41,903 nucleotides of DNA, taken from assembly GCA_001275005.1 (NCBI GenBank), contig JWZX01003219.1, forward strand, positions 1 to 41,903, read 5' to 3'. Positions within the stretch are counted from its first letter, which is position 1; every line of letters starts with the position of its first letter. This DNA is from Chrysochromulina tobinii (Eukaryota). The notes below the pieces were generated by a model. It was not told the DNA's origin. It made no database searches and saw nothing but the letters and a program-made list of their open reading frames with translations. Below, one piece after another: positions 9,946 through 20,856 of this stretch. The position numbers and the translations under genes were made by a program.

Positions 9946-11127
9946 ATGCTTACCCTCGTTTCAGGCTCCCTTTCCTTCACTGCGGGCATGCACCCGATCT
10001 CGTTCAACCGCGTGGCCGTCAACATGATGGCCACCCCCAACGCGGCGGCGATCTACGATGGCAAGTACACTGCTGAGCTCCGCAAGACGGCGAACGCCAT
10101 GGTTGCCAAGGGCAAGGGCCTGCTCGCCTGCGACGAGTCCACGGGCACCGTTGGCAAGCGTCTGGAGGCGAACGGCATGGAGAACACCGAGGCGAATCGC
10201 TGCGCCTGGCGCAACCTTCTCTTCACCACGGCTGGCCTTGGCGAGTTCATCTCGGGCGCCATCCTGTACGAGGAGACGCTCTTCCAGAACGACCCGAATG
10301 GCAAGCCGTTCGTCGATGTGCTGAACGCAAACGGCATCATCCCGGGCATCAAGGTCGACGTCGGCCTCAAGCCCCTCGTTGGCGGCGGCCCGGGCGAGAC
10401 CTGGTGCACCGGCCTCGACACCCTCGCTGAGCGTGCGCCGAAGTACTACGCGCAGGGCGCGCGCTTCGCCAAGTGGCGCACGGGCCTCAAGATCGACGTG
10501 CCGAACGGCTGCCCGACCGACCTCGCGATCGAGGTGGCCGCGCAGGACCTCGCTCGCTACGCGCGCATCTGCCAGGAGTCTGGCCTCGTCCCGATCGTCG
10601 AGCCTGAGATCCTCATCGACGGCGACCACGACCTTGCCACGACCGCTCGCATCCAGGAGCGTGTGCTCACGACCGTGTACGCGAAGCTCCAGGACAACGG
10701 CGTGCTCCTCGAGGGCTCCCTGCTGAAGCCCTCCATGACCGTCCCGGGTGTCGATGCCAAGGACAAGTCGGACCCGACCACCATCGCCAAGATGACCGTG
10801 CAGACCCTCGACCGCTGCCTGCCCCCGGCGATGGTCGGCGTCACCTTCCTCTCGGGCGGCATCTCCGAGGAGGACTCGTCGATCTACCTGAACGAGATCA
10901 ACAAGCTCCCGCGCAAGGGCGCGTGGGCGCTCACCTTCTCCTTCTCGCGCGCTCTCCAGTCGTCGTGCATCAAGGTGTGGGGCGGCAAGAAGGAGAACTA
11001 CAAGGCGGCGCAGGACCAGTTGTACGCGCGCGCCAAGGCCAACTCGGAGGCCTCGCTCGGCAAGTACAAGCCCGGCTCGCAGCCTTCCATTGAGCAGTCG
11101 CTCTTCGTCAAGAACTACGTCTACTAG
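9946..11127 (+). CDS. FBA: Fructose-1,6-bisphosphate aldolase class I (Schiff base), plastid-targeted, 393 aa
   Basis: Motifs GKGLLACDESTGT, ISGAILYEETL, GIKVD, GARFAKWR, GLVPIVEPE, LLKPSM, FLSGG, TFSFSRALQ and C-terminal YVY. Leader MLTLVSGSLSF. Confidence 0.97.
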   Translation: MLTLVSGSLSFTAGMHPISFNRVAVNMMATPNAAAIYDGKYTAELRKTANAMVAKGKGLLACDESTGTVGKRLEANGMENTEANRCAWRNLLFTTAGLGEFISGAILYEETLFQNDPNGKPFVDVLNANGIIPGIKVDVGLKPLVGGGPGETWCTGLDTLAERAPKYYAQGARFAKWRTGLKIDVPNGCPTDLAIEVAAQDLARYARICQESGLVPIVEPEILIDGDHDLATTARIQERVLTTVYAKLQDNGVLLEGSLLKPSMTVPGVDAKDKSDPTTIAKMTVQTLDRCLPPAMVGVTFLSGGISEEDSSIYLNEINKLPRKGAWALTFSFSRALQSSCIKVWGGKKENYKAAQDQLYARAKANSEASLGKYKPGSQPSIEQSLFVKNYVY

Positions 11128-11452
11128 ACGCGCTTTCGCGCTTCGCGGCGCGGGTGTGAGAGGGTGGGCCTAGGTTCACGTCACACGACAGCGTGGTGAG
11201 CCTAGGTGAGCTAATGTGCCAGGGGCCTCTTAACCAAACTGCGATGAGGGAGTCAGTGCATGTGTGATTGTGAGGATATCCAGTGACGCACACATTATAA
11301 AAACGGTTATTAAGCTGCTTAAATAATAGCTGTCGCGTTCAGGTCTCTCGGTGTTCTCTCTTTTCGGATGACTATAGCCTGACAACTGCCCATCGTGCAA
11401 GCTTCAATACAGCGAACAGCGCTCCAAGCGCCACCGCATGTGCGCCGCATCG

Positions 11453-11818
11453 TCACGGGGCCGCCAGACTCTGTGCGTATGCTGCGCTGGACCCACCAGA
11501 CACAAGCAGAAATTTCTCGACGCAAGTCTGCAGGCACCGCTCCTCTGATGTGCGAAGATATCTGCGATTAGTCGCGAGTCGTTGAGGCTGTGAGCGGGGG
11601 TGGCGAACGCTGGTCCGAGGCAAGTGTGCGCACTTGGTGAAGCCAAATTCCGTGACGCACTCACGAAAGCAACGGTCGGCAACCTCGTTGACGTGCAACA
11701 AGGCACGTCTGCGTTGGGCAGACTCGACGGCTCGGAGGTGGTTGACAACTGCGGCTGATGGGGGCAAAGGTGCTGGCGGCGCGGGCGGCGGAAGCGGAGA
11801 GCCGTCGTGGAGTGGCAT
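11453..11818 (-). CDS. Mitochondrial small Tim chaperone (Tim9/Tim10/DDP family); intron 11562-11633; ~97 aa
   Basis: After splicing the twin CX3C motif reads CFREC-x16-CLQTC. Confidence 0.85.
   Translation of the reverse strand: MPLHDGSPLPPPAPPAPLPPSAAVVNHLRAVESAQRRRALLHVNEVADRCFRECVTEFGFTKCAHLPRTSVRHPRSQPQRLATNRRYLRTSEERCLQTCVEKFLLVSGGSSAAYAQSLAAP
11562..11633 (-). other. Spliceosomal intron, 72 bp, GT-AG
   Basis: accaa|GTGCGC...gaCTAATcgCAG|atatc with a branch-point-like CTAAT. Removal restores a typical twin-CX3C spacing. Confidence 0.85.
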
Positions 11819-12096
11819 CGCAATGGGTCACGGGGCCCGGGACAACTCAACGAGAGTTCCCGAATCGCCGCGCGCGTTCACGCCCACGGTGTGACGTTCG
11901 AACGCACACACCTGACTTCTCGACAAATAGGTGTGTGAGGTCAGCACACAGAGTCGCGTCTGTCTTGTTAACGTTCACACAGAAACGCCCGTTCGCAACT
12001 CCGCGGGACCGCTGCCGCTGTGCTGATCGTGGGGTTGCCAGAGCGTGGCCGAAGAGAGTACGCTCAGCAGGTGTTTGGCGCAGAGAAGCACGCGAA

Positions 12097-14502
12097 ATGC
12101 AAGTCTTGAAGGAGCACAAAATACAACCCTCCGACAAGGTGACGGTGGAAAAGGTCGAGGCGTTGCTCAACTCAGTGCTTCGGGAACTGCAAAAGGAGAA
12201 GACGCGCGCACGTAGCGTCGAGGAGACACTTCGCAAGATGGAAAGCGCAGCACAACGGCAAGAAGCTCAGCCCACGGCAGCTGCAGCGCTCGCACAGATT
12301 GCAGCATTGCAGGCGGAGTTCCATCGGCTTGCACAGCAGCAGCACGTCGCTGCTGAGGCAACTGCGAATCGTCTGTCCGCCCTTGAGAGTGGGGTTGGTG
12401 GCAGGAGTACTTGCGGCGGCAGGACCAGCGGCGGCGGCGGGAGCGAAAAGTATCGGGAGCCCCCGCCTCTGCACGCCCCGCCGCCGAAGCACCGCGAGCC
12501 ACCAACCGTGGGCTCGTCTGCAATGACAGCGTCATCGCAGACCGCCTTAGAGCAGCTGGAGGCGCGCATGGCGAGCCTCGAGTCCCGCACTGCCAACGCG
12601 ACGGTCACAGCGACGAGCGCCGCGAGCGCCGCCGAGGGCAGTGCGGCCGCTGTTGCGGCGATGCGGGCGCGGGTGGAGCTGGTTGCATCTGAGGGGACGA
12701 GGGAGTCGAGGGAGCTGCACGCGGCGCTTGAGACGTTACTGTCGCGAGTGGAGGCCCAAGTGCAGACCCAGCTCGCCTTACGCACCCAGGCCATCGAGGA
12801 GGCCTGCCTCCAAGCCGCTACGAAGGCGGCGACTCAAACGGCGATAGGGGCGGCCACATCCATCGCGGCGAAGGCTCCAGTGGCGACGGGCTCTGCCACA
12901 GCGAACAGTGCGGCGGCGCGTTGTGATGCGGTGGAGGCCCGCCAAAAGAGCGTGGAGGCGCGTGCCGAGGCGAGGCTGCTCGAGCTGGCAGAGCACCTCA
13001 AGGCGCTCGAGAAGGCGCTCGAGCACTCCCAACGTGAGGGGACAAACAAGCTGGGCCTGAGTGCCTCTCTGAGTGCATGCTGATTGCCTCCCTCATCAGG
13101 TGAGGGGACGAGCATGCTGGGCCTGAGTGCCTCTCTGAGTGCATGCTGATTGCCTCCCTCATCAGGTGAGGGGACGAGCATGCTGGGCCTGAGTGCCTCT
13201 CTGAGTGCATGCTGATTGCCTCCCTCATCAGGTGAGGGGACGAGCATGCTGGGCCGGCAGCTCGAGGCGAGCCTTGTCGGTCGAGTGACTGACGCGATCC
13301 AGAAAGCGTTGCCGCCCTGGGTGTCGAGTGAATCGGCGGCCGAGCGCGCAGCCGAAGCGGCGGCGGCAAAGGCGGCAGTAGCGGCAGCTCGTCACGAAGC
13401 CGCCGCCGCCAAGGAAGCCGCCGCCGCCAGTGCTCAGGAAGCCGCGGCCACCCAGGTGAAGCTTGAACGTCTCGAGGCCCGAGTGGAGTGGCTCGAGGCC
13501 GCGCAAGCCCACGCCCACCGGCGGTCCAAGGATGAGCGGGCGGCTCCCGAACCTCGGGTGGAGGGCGCGCCGGAAGCCATGGTCGACCTCAAGGCCCAAC
13601 TCCTCAAGATGAACTCGAGGGTCGACGAAACCAACTTAAAAGTGGAAGAGTTGTCTCAAGCTGTGGCGATGGCGGCTCAAGAAGGCCGTGCAGCGAGCCG
13701 GGCCGCGGCAGCTGCAACCTCAGCAGTGGCGGCGCGAGGCGAGAGTGCCGCTGGCCTGGCTGCGGACGCGAGGTTGCTGCTGGAACGCCGCTGCCAAGCC
13801 CTTGAGACCACCGTAGAGGCGTTGCGTGGCTCGTCGCTCGGCGTCGATCGCAGGGGCAGTGGTCATGGCGTCCATGGGTCTGACGGAACTGTGGGAAGTC
13901 TCGATGACGCATGGCTTGAAGCCGCACTGCGGCCGAAGCTCAATCGATCCGAGTGGACAACACTCCGGGAGGAGCTTCTAGCAGAGGTTCACAAGCTTCT
14001 GCATCAAGCCACGGCGCCACGGCCGCCCCCTCCGCTACCGTCCCAGCAGCTCAACGCGCGACTGGGCGCGTCACGAGAGGCTTTCCCTGAGGCGGCTGCC
14101 CCGGCTCCGATGGACGCGGAGGCTGAGAGCACTCGCCTCCGTCTGCAGAGCCGAACCGTGAGCGAACACTTCGCACTGGGCGGCACGGACGGACGGCTGT
14201 ACCGAGGCGCCGCAACGGGCGTCGTGCAGGAGTGGGTACTAGAGAAGGAGGAGTACTCGCGCGAGCGACCGGACACAGCGGCCCCAACGATCGGCGTCTC
14301 CTCCGCCGTACGCATGCGGCCTGTGCCTGCATCTGCCGGTTCCGCTGCCAAGCGACCAAGCAGCGCTGGCGCTCGCGCCTTGTATCGACACTCTTCGATT
14401 GCCACAGCATGCATCCCTTCCACACAGGCACAGGCACATGCAAATGCGGCCTTCTCACGACGTGCTGCGACTCCGGGCGTTCATACGCTCGGCCTCCAGT
14501 GA
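12097..14502 (+). CDS. Long Ala/Glu-rich coiled-coil protein (~735 aa); intron 13034-13231
   Basis: ORFs 11758..13083 and 13216..14502 are in the same frame and join (HSQREGTSMLGRQLE) on removing 198 bp. ATG at 12097. Confidence 0.75.
13034..13231 (+). repeat. Intron made of three tandem 66-bp units, each GT...CAG
   Basis: Units at 13034-13099, 13100-13165 and 13166-13231. Each is a 24-bp copy of the next exon start (GTGAGGGGACGAGCATGCTGGGCC; 3 mismatches in unit 1) plus a 42-bp core TGAGTGCCTCTCTGAGTGCATGCTGATTGCCTCCCTCATCAG with an in-frame TGA. Confidence 0.9.
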
Positions 14503-14820
14503 CGTCTGAAGACCACAATCTATGGGGAGCCATACAGGGCCTAGGCGCATCCTCAAATCCTCTGTGCATCGCATCTCTCAATCAGCACATGGATTGTAGA
14601 CCTCTCACCTCTATTCTTTGTGATACACTGATACTATTGTAATGGTCGTGTTCGAGGGCGCGGCGATCGCCAAGAGATGAAAATAATAATATGTTGCCCA
14701 GATGTGAAGAAATCAGTGCGCGTGTGCACTTGGAGTCTGCTCATTTCCTGGCTGGCCGGAAACTTGCCCGGAGCGCTGCCGTGGGCATGGGTGGCCGGTT
14801 CGCGTCCGCAAAATCGCAAA

Positions 14821-15450
14821 ATGAGCGTCGTCAAGAAGCAGCACATCGCCAACAATGTGCTGCGCCGCGGGAACCCGTATGCTGTCAACCTGAAGGCGGA
14901 CCACGAGCGGTGCCTGGAGGAAGCGCGTGTGCGCCAACAGATGGAGGAACGGCAGCGGAAGCAGGAGGAGAAGATGCGCGAAAGGATCAGGCGGCAGATC
15001 GTGCAGGCGGCCATGGAGGAGTCGCAGGAGCTGCCGGAACCGCTTGAGGTGGTGGCGGCGCTCGAGGACGAGAAGCGGGTGCGCGCATGGAGCGGTCTGC
15101 TAAAGGTCGATGACCGCTACCACGCGGCGCGCTCCGACTTGCGTCGTCGATTCTACGAGCCCACGTTGGAGGAGCAGGACAGACGGGATGTGGCCTACAT
15201 GCAGCGCAAGGCCTTCCACGGGATGGAGCGTGACGCGAGGCGCAGCGAGCTGGATGCGGTCGACAAGGCACGCTCCGCACTTCTGCTAGTCGCGAGCGAG
15301 AAGAAGCTGCAGGAAGTCGAGCATCGCAGATCGCAGGTGCAGCTCCTCAAGGCGCAGAGCGCCGTGGCGCTCCACGGCGCTCGGGTAGCATCGCAGGTCA
15401 GCGTACACGCTACCCCTGCCCCAATTCCACGAAACATTCCTTTGTATTAG
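14821..15450 (+). CDS. Hypothetical coiled-coil protein (~209 aa)
   Basis: ATG at 14821 (MSVVKKQHIANN...), E/R/Q-rich helical sequence, coding-like codon bias. Confidence 0.7.
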   Translation: MSVVKKQHIANNVLRRGNPYAVNLKADHERCLEEARVRQQMEERQRKQEEKMRERIRRQIVQAAMEESQELPEPLEVVAALEDEKRVRAWSGLLKVDDRYHAARSDLRRRFYEPTLEEQDRRDVAYMQRKAFHGMERDARRSELDAVDKARSALLLVASEKKLQEVEHRRSQVQLLKAQSAVALHGARVASQVSVHATPAPIPRNIPLY

Positions 15451-15864
15451 AGGCGTTGTTGTAGTCCACGGCCCGTGCCCGTTCAAAAATGACTTTAAAT
15501 GACTCTCACTCTGAGATTAGTTTTCCAGTTAACGGAGTTCTGCTTACGTATAATATCTCGTCGATACGTCGTATGCCGGCTAACCGGCTATGGCGAATGG
15601 GTTATTATTATATAAATGGCTCATGTCGTATGGCTAACGCGAAGTTAAAGCGTTATTAAGTTGTAGTTGAAGATCGCGCGCAAATCGGAGGAAAAACGAC
15701 GCGACAGTCCGTCGTTCGTGGCTCCCCCGGGTACCGGGTGCCGCGCCTGGAACCGCTCACGCGACTCCCGGGCCGGGCGCGGTGGCCGGTGCGCCTGTGC
15801 CCTGTGCGGCGACGGTGCGCCTGTGCCCTGTGCGCTCTCGCCGCTTACACGCCTTCGTGTCCTA

Positions 15865-17073
15865 CTACACCCGGCCTGCGGTGCCATAGCCGGCGCCGCC
15901 TCGAGCGCCAAGTTGGCTCGTGCCGCGCAGCCCTGCGATGGGCTTGGCCTCTGCAGCGGTGGCCGCTGCACGCACCCTCCGCTGATGCACGAGGATCCTT
16001 CCTAGAGCGATGAGCGCGACAAGGACGACGAGGACAACGAGGCCGATCGCGAGGAGAAAGGGCAGCGACGCGGCCGCCCTCGCCGAGATCTCGTACTGCG
16101 CCCACGAGTTGCCGCGCCCTAGGACGAGAATATTCAGGCGCTCGTTGAATAGCCGATCGTGTTGAAGCATGAACATGGCCGACGGGTTTGTCGCACTGTC
16201 GCAGCGCATGGCCGCATCATGCTGCAGGACCGTCGGCCACTCACCGAAGCGAAAGTACACGTCGATGAAGCCACCGCCCGGCCCGCTGCGCAGCAGGTCG
16301 ATCTGCACGCGCAGGCTCTCGTGCGCTTTGGGGTCGTAGTAGAAGTAGTCAGCGAAAGCGACTCCCTCACTGGTGCTTGAAGCGAAGGCGCTGGTGCCCG
16401 CTGGCGCGCCGGCGGCGAAGACGGTGCGCCGGAGCGCCGGCGCACCTGGCGAGAGGACGAGCGCGCCGACGAGAGTTGCTTCGAGGGTGAAGGCGCCGGG
16501 CGCATCGACGGACACGAACCATCGACCAGGCGTGAGCACACCCGCGGTGTGTGAGCACGTGGCTTCTCGGCGAAGCCGGCACATGACGTTGCACGAGCAC
16601 TCGCATCGCGTACCGCAGCCTGGCCCGAGGCAGGGGCAGAAGTCGCACGTCTCGCAGCTCTGCTCGAATGGCTTGACCTCAATGATGGGACCGATGATGC
16701 TGCTGCTGCTGGAGGACTGGTCAGCCGAGGAGATGGGCAAGGCGCGCTCGCCGAACAGCACGATATCGGTTGGTCTGGGAGTGGCAACGCTGACGACGAC
16801 TTTCTGTCCAGTGGTAGCTGGACCCTCGACATCTAAACAGAACTGCATCCGCCCAACGCCGCTCACTGTCGACCGGCTGGTGAGGCATTTTGGCGCGGGG
16901 AGGAGACGCTCACCGTAGCCGGATGGCTGCGCCGTGACGGTTGTGATGATGGCCACGGCCAAAGTGACCGAAGGGAGATTTCGTCCAAAGCGGCGCTCAT
17001 GTGTCGTGGATGAGGCGGCTTTCGTTGCTGAGTGGATGACCACGGCCGCCATAGCAATCCACAAGGTCTTCAT
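15865..17073 (-). CDS. Type I membrane protein with a Cys-rich segment and PPC-like beta-sandwich repeats
   Basis: Hydrophobic N-terminus, cluster CETCDFCPCLGPGCGTRCECSCNVMC, motifs GRWFVSV and DVYFRFGEWPT, and a C-terminal TM helix (LPFLLAIGLVVLVVLVALIALG). Confidence 0.7.
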   Translation of the reverse strand: MKTLWIAMAAVVIHSATKAASSTTHERRFGRNLPSVTLAVAIITTVTAQPSGYGERLLPAPKCLTSRSTVSGVGRMQFCLDVEGPATTGQKVVVSVATPRPTDIVLFGERALPISSADQSSSSSSIIGPIIEVKPFEQSCETCDFCPCLGPGCGTRCECSCNVMCRLRREATCSHTAGVLTPGRWFVSVDAPGAFTLEATLVGALVLSPGAPALRRTVFAAGAPAGTSAFASSTSEGVAFADYFYYDPKAHESLRVQIDLLRSGPGGGFIDVYFRFGEWPTVLQHDAAMRCDSATNPSAMFMLQHDRLFNERLNILVLGRGNSWAQYEISARAAASLPFLLAIGLVVLVVLVALIALGRILVHQRRVRAAATAAEAKPIAGLRGTSQLGARGGAGYGTAGRV

Positions 17074-17235
17074 TCACAAGTTCACAACACACCAACAAGC
17101 ACACACCAAGAGTCTTCACCAAGTTGTGCTCGACACGAGGCTCGCTGAAGTCGCGAAAGCTCCGCGGGGCGAATCACGAGATGAAGGCGCCTTTCTGGAC
17201 GTGTCGGCGAAAGAGCGCTTAATACGGCGCTTTCG

Positions 17236-17703
17236 ATGGGCGAGTCCGTCCCACCGCCTGCTTCCCAGCCTGACAAGGAGACGCGGCCGGACACGGAGGC
17301 GCTCACGACCGTCTCGCTCGAGGCAGCTGCGACGCTCGAGATGATCGCCAGGTCTATTGGCAATACTGCCGATGACTCTCGTTTGATTGTCGGCACCGTG
17401 TTCACCGTGGTGCTCATGATGCTATGCGCGTGTATCATATTGGCAGCGGTTCGGTTCCGCTCGAAACGACGGTCCTATGAGGCCACGCCGATCATGGCGA
17501 GCCCCACGAAGCCATTGAAGCCTTCACGGAATCATGGTACCTTCGAGCGGACACCGACAGCGCGCCAGGCAACATTTGAGCCGCAGGACCCCGAGTGGGC
17601 CGCAGCTCGGGCGAAATGGCATGCCGCACTTTTGGCATCAGGGGCACTGGCAGGCGATCCGCCCCCGCACGTGGAAACTGACTTACGTCTGACTTACGGC
17701 TAG
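17236..17703 (+). CDS. Single-pass membrane protein (155 aa)
   Basis: TM helix LIVGTVFTVVLMMLCACIILAAV followed by basic RFRSKRR. Confidence 0.65.
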   Translation: MGESVPPPASQPDKETRPDTEALTTVSLEAAATLEMIARSIGNTADDSRLIVGTVFTVVLMMLCACIILAAVRFRSKRRSYEATPIMASPTKPLKPSRNHGTFERTPTARQATFEPQDPEWAAARAKWHAALLASGALAGDPPPHVETDLRLTYG

Positions 17704-17755
17704 TCATCGTCGGCATGTATCCGAGCTGAACGCAGTTGAGCACCTATCACGTGTG

Positions 17756-17921
17756 GCGCATCCGCGTTACACGGCATATTACATGGTCTTGCATGTGAGC
17801 ATGCGGAGTATCTCTCAGTGGATGCAGAGAAGTACGTTCACGCATACTTTATGGCGTACTATTGTTGCATTTGAGCATGCGAAGTATCATGTGATGTATG
17901 CCGATGGCGTGTGCGGTGCGC
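17756..17921 (+). other. Long imperfect inverted repeat / putative RNA hairpin
   Basis: CGGCATATTACATG (17772-17785) pairs with CATGTGATGTATGCCG (17888-17903). GCGCATCCGCG pairs with TGCGGTGCGC (17912-17921). Inner arms pair through G-U. Paired by eye only. Confidence 0.5.
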
Positions 17922-18335
17922 GGGTGTGGGCGGTGGCGGTCCCCACACGGCGCACGGGCCCCAGGCGCCGACCCGGAGCTGGGAGACCCCTAAACCGGAC
18001 TCCGGCTACCGGTCGACGCTCTGAGTGTGTGGCTCTCTCATCGGGTCTCTCATGGGCTCTTTGCGCGACTGCAGCTCGGACCCTCCCCGCGCGGCGCGCG
18101 TTCCTTCCGGCCGTTCGTCTGATGTGGAGATGCCTCGTTTTGGACGTTTTCTACGGTGCGGAGTCAGGTACAAAGTAACGCGTGCAAACAGTTTGCTGGT
18201 ACAGCGCACGCAAGGCAGGGAGGTACCTGCTCGCTTTTTGTCGACGATTCATGTGTAGTCCATGAATACGCCACGCCGCGAAGTGGCGCGCAGAATTGCG
18301 ACATTGCACTGACCGCCGCCCGCTTTGCTTACCTC

Positions 18336-20781
18336 ATGACCTCGTCGGGCTTGGAAGGCAAACTCGCCATATTGGAGTCGCGCATGAGCATGACCGCGCA
18401 CGGATTCGGCGCGCCGGGAACCCCGCAGGAATTCTCCATCGGCTTCACCGAGCGTTCCTACCCAGGACGTGCGGAACTCTCGTCAGCGGCAGAGGAGGCG
18501 CATGCCGCGGCGCACGCGATGTCGCCCGGTGCCGGGGCGTCGACGAGCAGGTCGCCCAGCGGCTCCGCCGGCAAGCGGAAGCGTGACGTGACGACGCCCA
18601 TCGATGACGGCAACACCACTCCGGCTTTCAACCCATCGTCCGCCGCCGCCTTCGGATCTGGAGTGGCAACAGTCTCACCCAAGGGACGAGCGCCGGCGCC
18701 AGCAGCCGCGCCGGCGCCTGCGAGCGAGCACGGCCAACGCATCCAAGACTTTTTCCGCCCCAAGAGTGCGCTAGCCGCAACACCCTCGTCCGCTACGGCG
18801 GCAGCCACGTCCTCCGCGCCCGCCGCCCATGCGCCCGCTCCATTTACCGCTGCACCTCCTTCGTCCGCCGTGGGTCCCAAGGCGCCGAGCGCGCGCCGCG
18901 AAGCGGCCGCACCGCCATCGCTGCCAGTGTCAACTGCGACTGCCGCCGCCACTACCGCTGCCGCCTCTCCGACGCCAGTACCCCCGCCAGCAGCCTCTGC
19001 AGAGCTGCTCGAGATGCAGCGGCAGCTGGAGGCGCGCACGCGTGAGCTGGCCGAGTGCCAGCGCGCGCTGAGCGAGCAGCGCACGCGCGCCGAGGCCGCG
19101 GCGCGCGCGCAGGCTGAGCTCGACTTGGAGGTGGCGCAGGCTCGTAATGAGCTCGAGGCGGAGCGCGCCGTCGTCGCAGGCATGCGCGAGGAGCTCGCCG
19201 AAGTACGGACCACCCAGGAGGCTGAGCGGGAGAGGCTGAGCCGCGGGCGCGAGGCGCTCCGGGCCGCGCTGCGCGAGCGCTGCTTCCGCAGCCGTGCCGA
19301 GGCGCGCGAGCGGCTGGCACGCGAGTCGGTGCGCCTGGGTCGTCTCAAGCTCGTGAGCCGTGGGTTCAGCTCCGAGTGGGAGCAGCAGCCGGGCACCGCG
19401 ATGATGTCCCTCAATGAGCGAGAGGAGGACCGCAAGGCGCGCTGGGCGCAGCTCGAGGAGGACCGCAAGGCACTGCGCCGACGACGCGGCACCAAGCCAG
19501 CTTGCGGCGGCGGTGCTGGCACCAGCGAGGGCGGCGGCCCGGCCCCGATCGGTAATGGAGGCCCTAGCGCTGGCAGCAGCGCGGCCGAGGGCAGCGCGGC
19601 GGAGGCGCTTGAGCTGGCCGACCTCGAGGAGGCGCTCAACCTGCGCGGCTCGCTCCTGGCCAAGGAGCTGAAGGAGCTGCAGGCAGAGCGGCGGCAGCTC
19701 GAGCGCGAGGCGGACGAGCACTTCCACGAGCTCCAGCTGATGCGCGATCTCGATGAGCTCGATCCGGAGATGCGAGACTGCCCCTCCCTCCCGAAGGATG
19801 CGAGCGGCGTCTTCGAGCCCGGGGCGAGCGGCGGCGGCCACTCGCAACTGCCGCACGCGGGCGGCGGCGCGAACGCGGCGGCGCTCGCGGCCGCCTCGTG
19901 CCACCGGTTCGTCTTCCTCGACCTGATCGCCCGCGGCGGCTTTTCGTCGGTGTTCAAGGTGTACGACCTGAAGACGCACTGCTACACGGCGTGCAAGCTG
20001 CACCACATCGCGCAAGAGTGGGGCGCGCAGCGCAAGGAGGCCTTCGTGCGCCACGTGGAGCGCGAGATCGACATCACCGTCGACGCGCGCCACCGGCGCA
20101 TCGTGCAGACCTTCGCCGTCTTCGAGCTCAATGCTAATGCGTTGGTGTCGGTGATGCAGTTATTGCAATGGCGGCTCCCTCGCCGAGCTGCTGCGCAAGC
20201 ACGGGCCGCTGCCCGAAAAGGACGCCAAGGCCATCATGCACCAAATCCTCACAGGGCTGCACTACCTTCACACGCGGCGCGAGCCAATCATCCATTATGA
20301 CCTCAAGCCCGCCAACATCCTCTTCCATGACGGTGAGGTGAAACTGTCTGACTTTGGACTGTCCAAGGTCATGGCGCCGGCCGCGGGCGGCTCTGGCGCG
20401 CCCACTCACGGCTCGATAGAGCTCACCTCGTACGGGAGCGGCACGCACGGATACCTGCCGCCCGAGTGCTACGAGGGCGACGCGTCGCGCGTTTGCCCCA
20501 AGGTAGACGTCTTCTCTGCGGGCGTGGTCCACTTCGTGATGCTCTTCCATCCGCTCAAGCCTTTCTTCCGCACCGCCTCGCAACAGCAGATTCTACAGAT
20601 GAAGCCGCACGCCATCCGCGAGGAGACCGGACAGCTCGACTTCCCGAGCAAGATCTCGGCCGAGGCGCAGGCCTTCTTGCGCCGCACGCTCGCTTCCAAG
20701 CGCGAGGAGCGGGGCAGCGTGCGCGAACTCCTCGCCGACCCGTACATGCAGCCGCAAAAGTCGCGCGCGACCGCCGCGTGA
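18336..20781 (+). CDS. TLK: Tousled-like Ser/Thr kinase (~814 aa), split by a +1 frameshift at 20160-20161
   Basis: N-terminal KLAILESRM, central coiled coil, kinase motifs ARGGFSSVFK, ACKLH, HVERE, HYDLKPANIL, DFG, GTHGYLPPE, KVDVFS. Removing one T joins VMQ-YCNGGSLAELL. Confidence 0.9.
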
Positions 20782-20856
20782 AGTGCCAGCAGGAGCGCCA
20801 ACGCGAGTCATGAATTTTCCACGCCAAATTCACAGGCACAGTGTTTTTTTGGAAAC

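Noticed and set aside
13034..13255. CRISPR-like repeat-spacer array
   Set aside because: The would-be spacers are identical, there are no cas genes, the context is eukaryotic and the units have splice signals.
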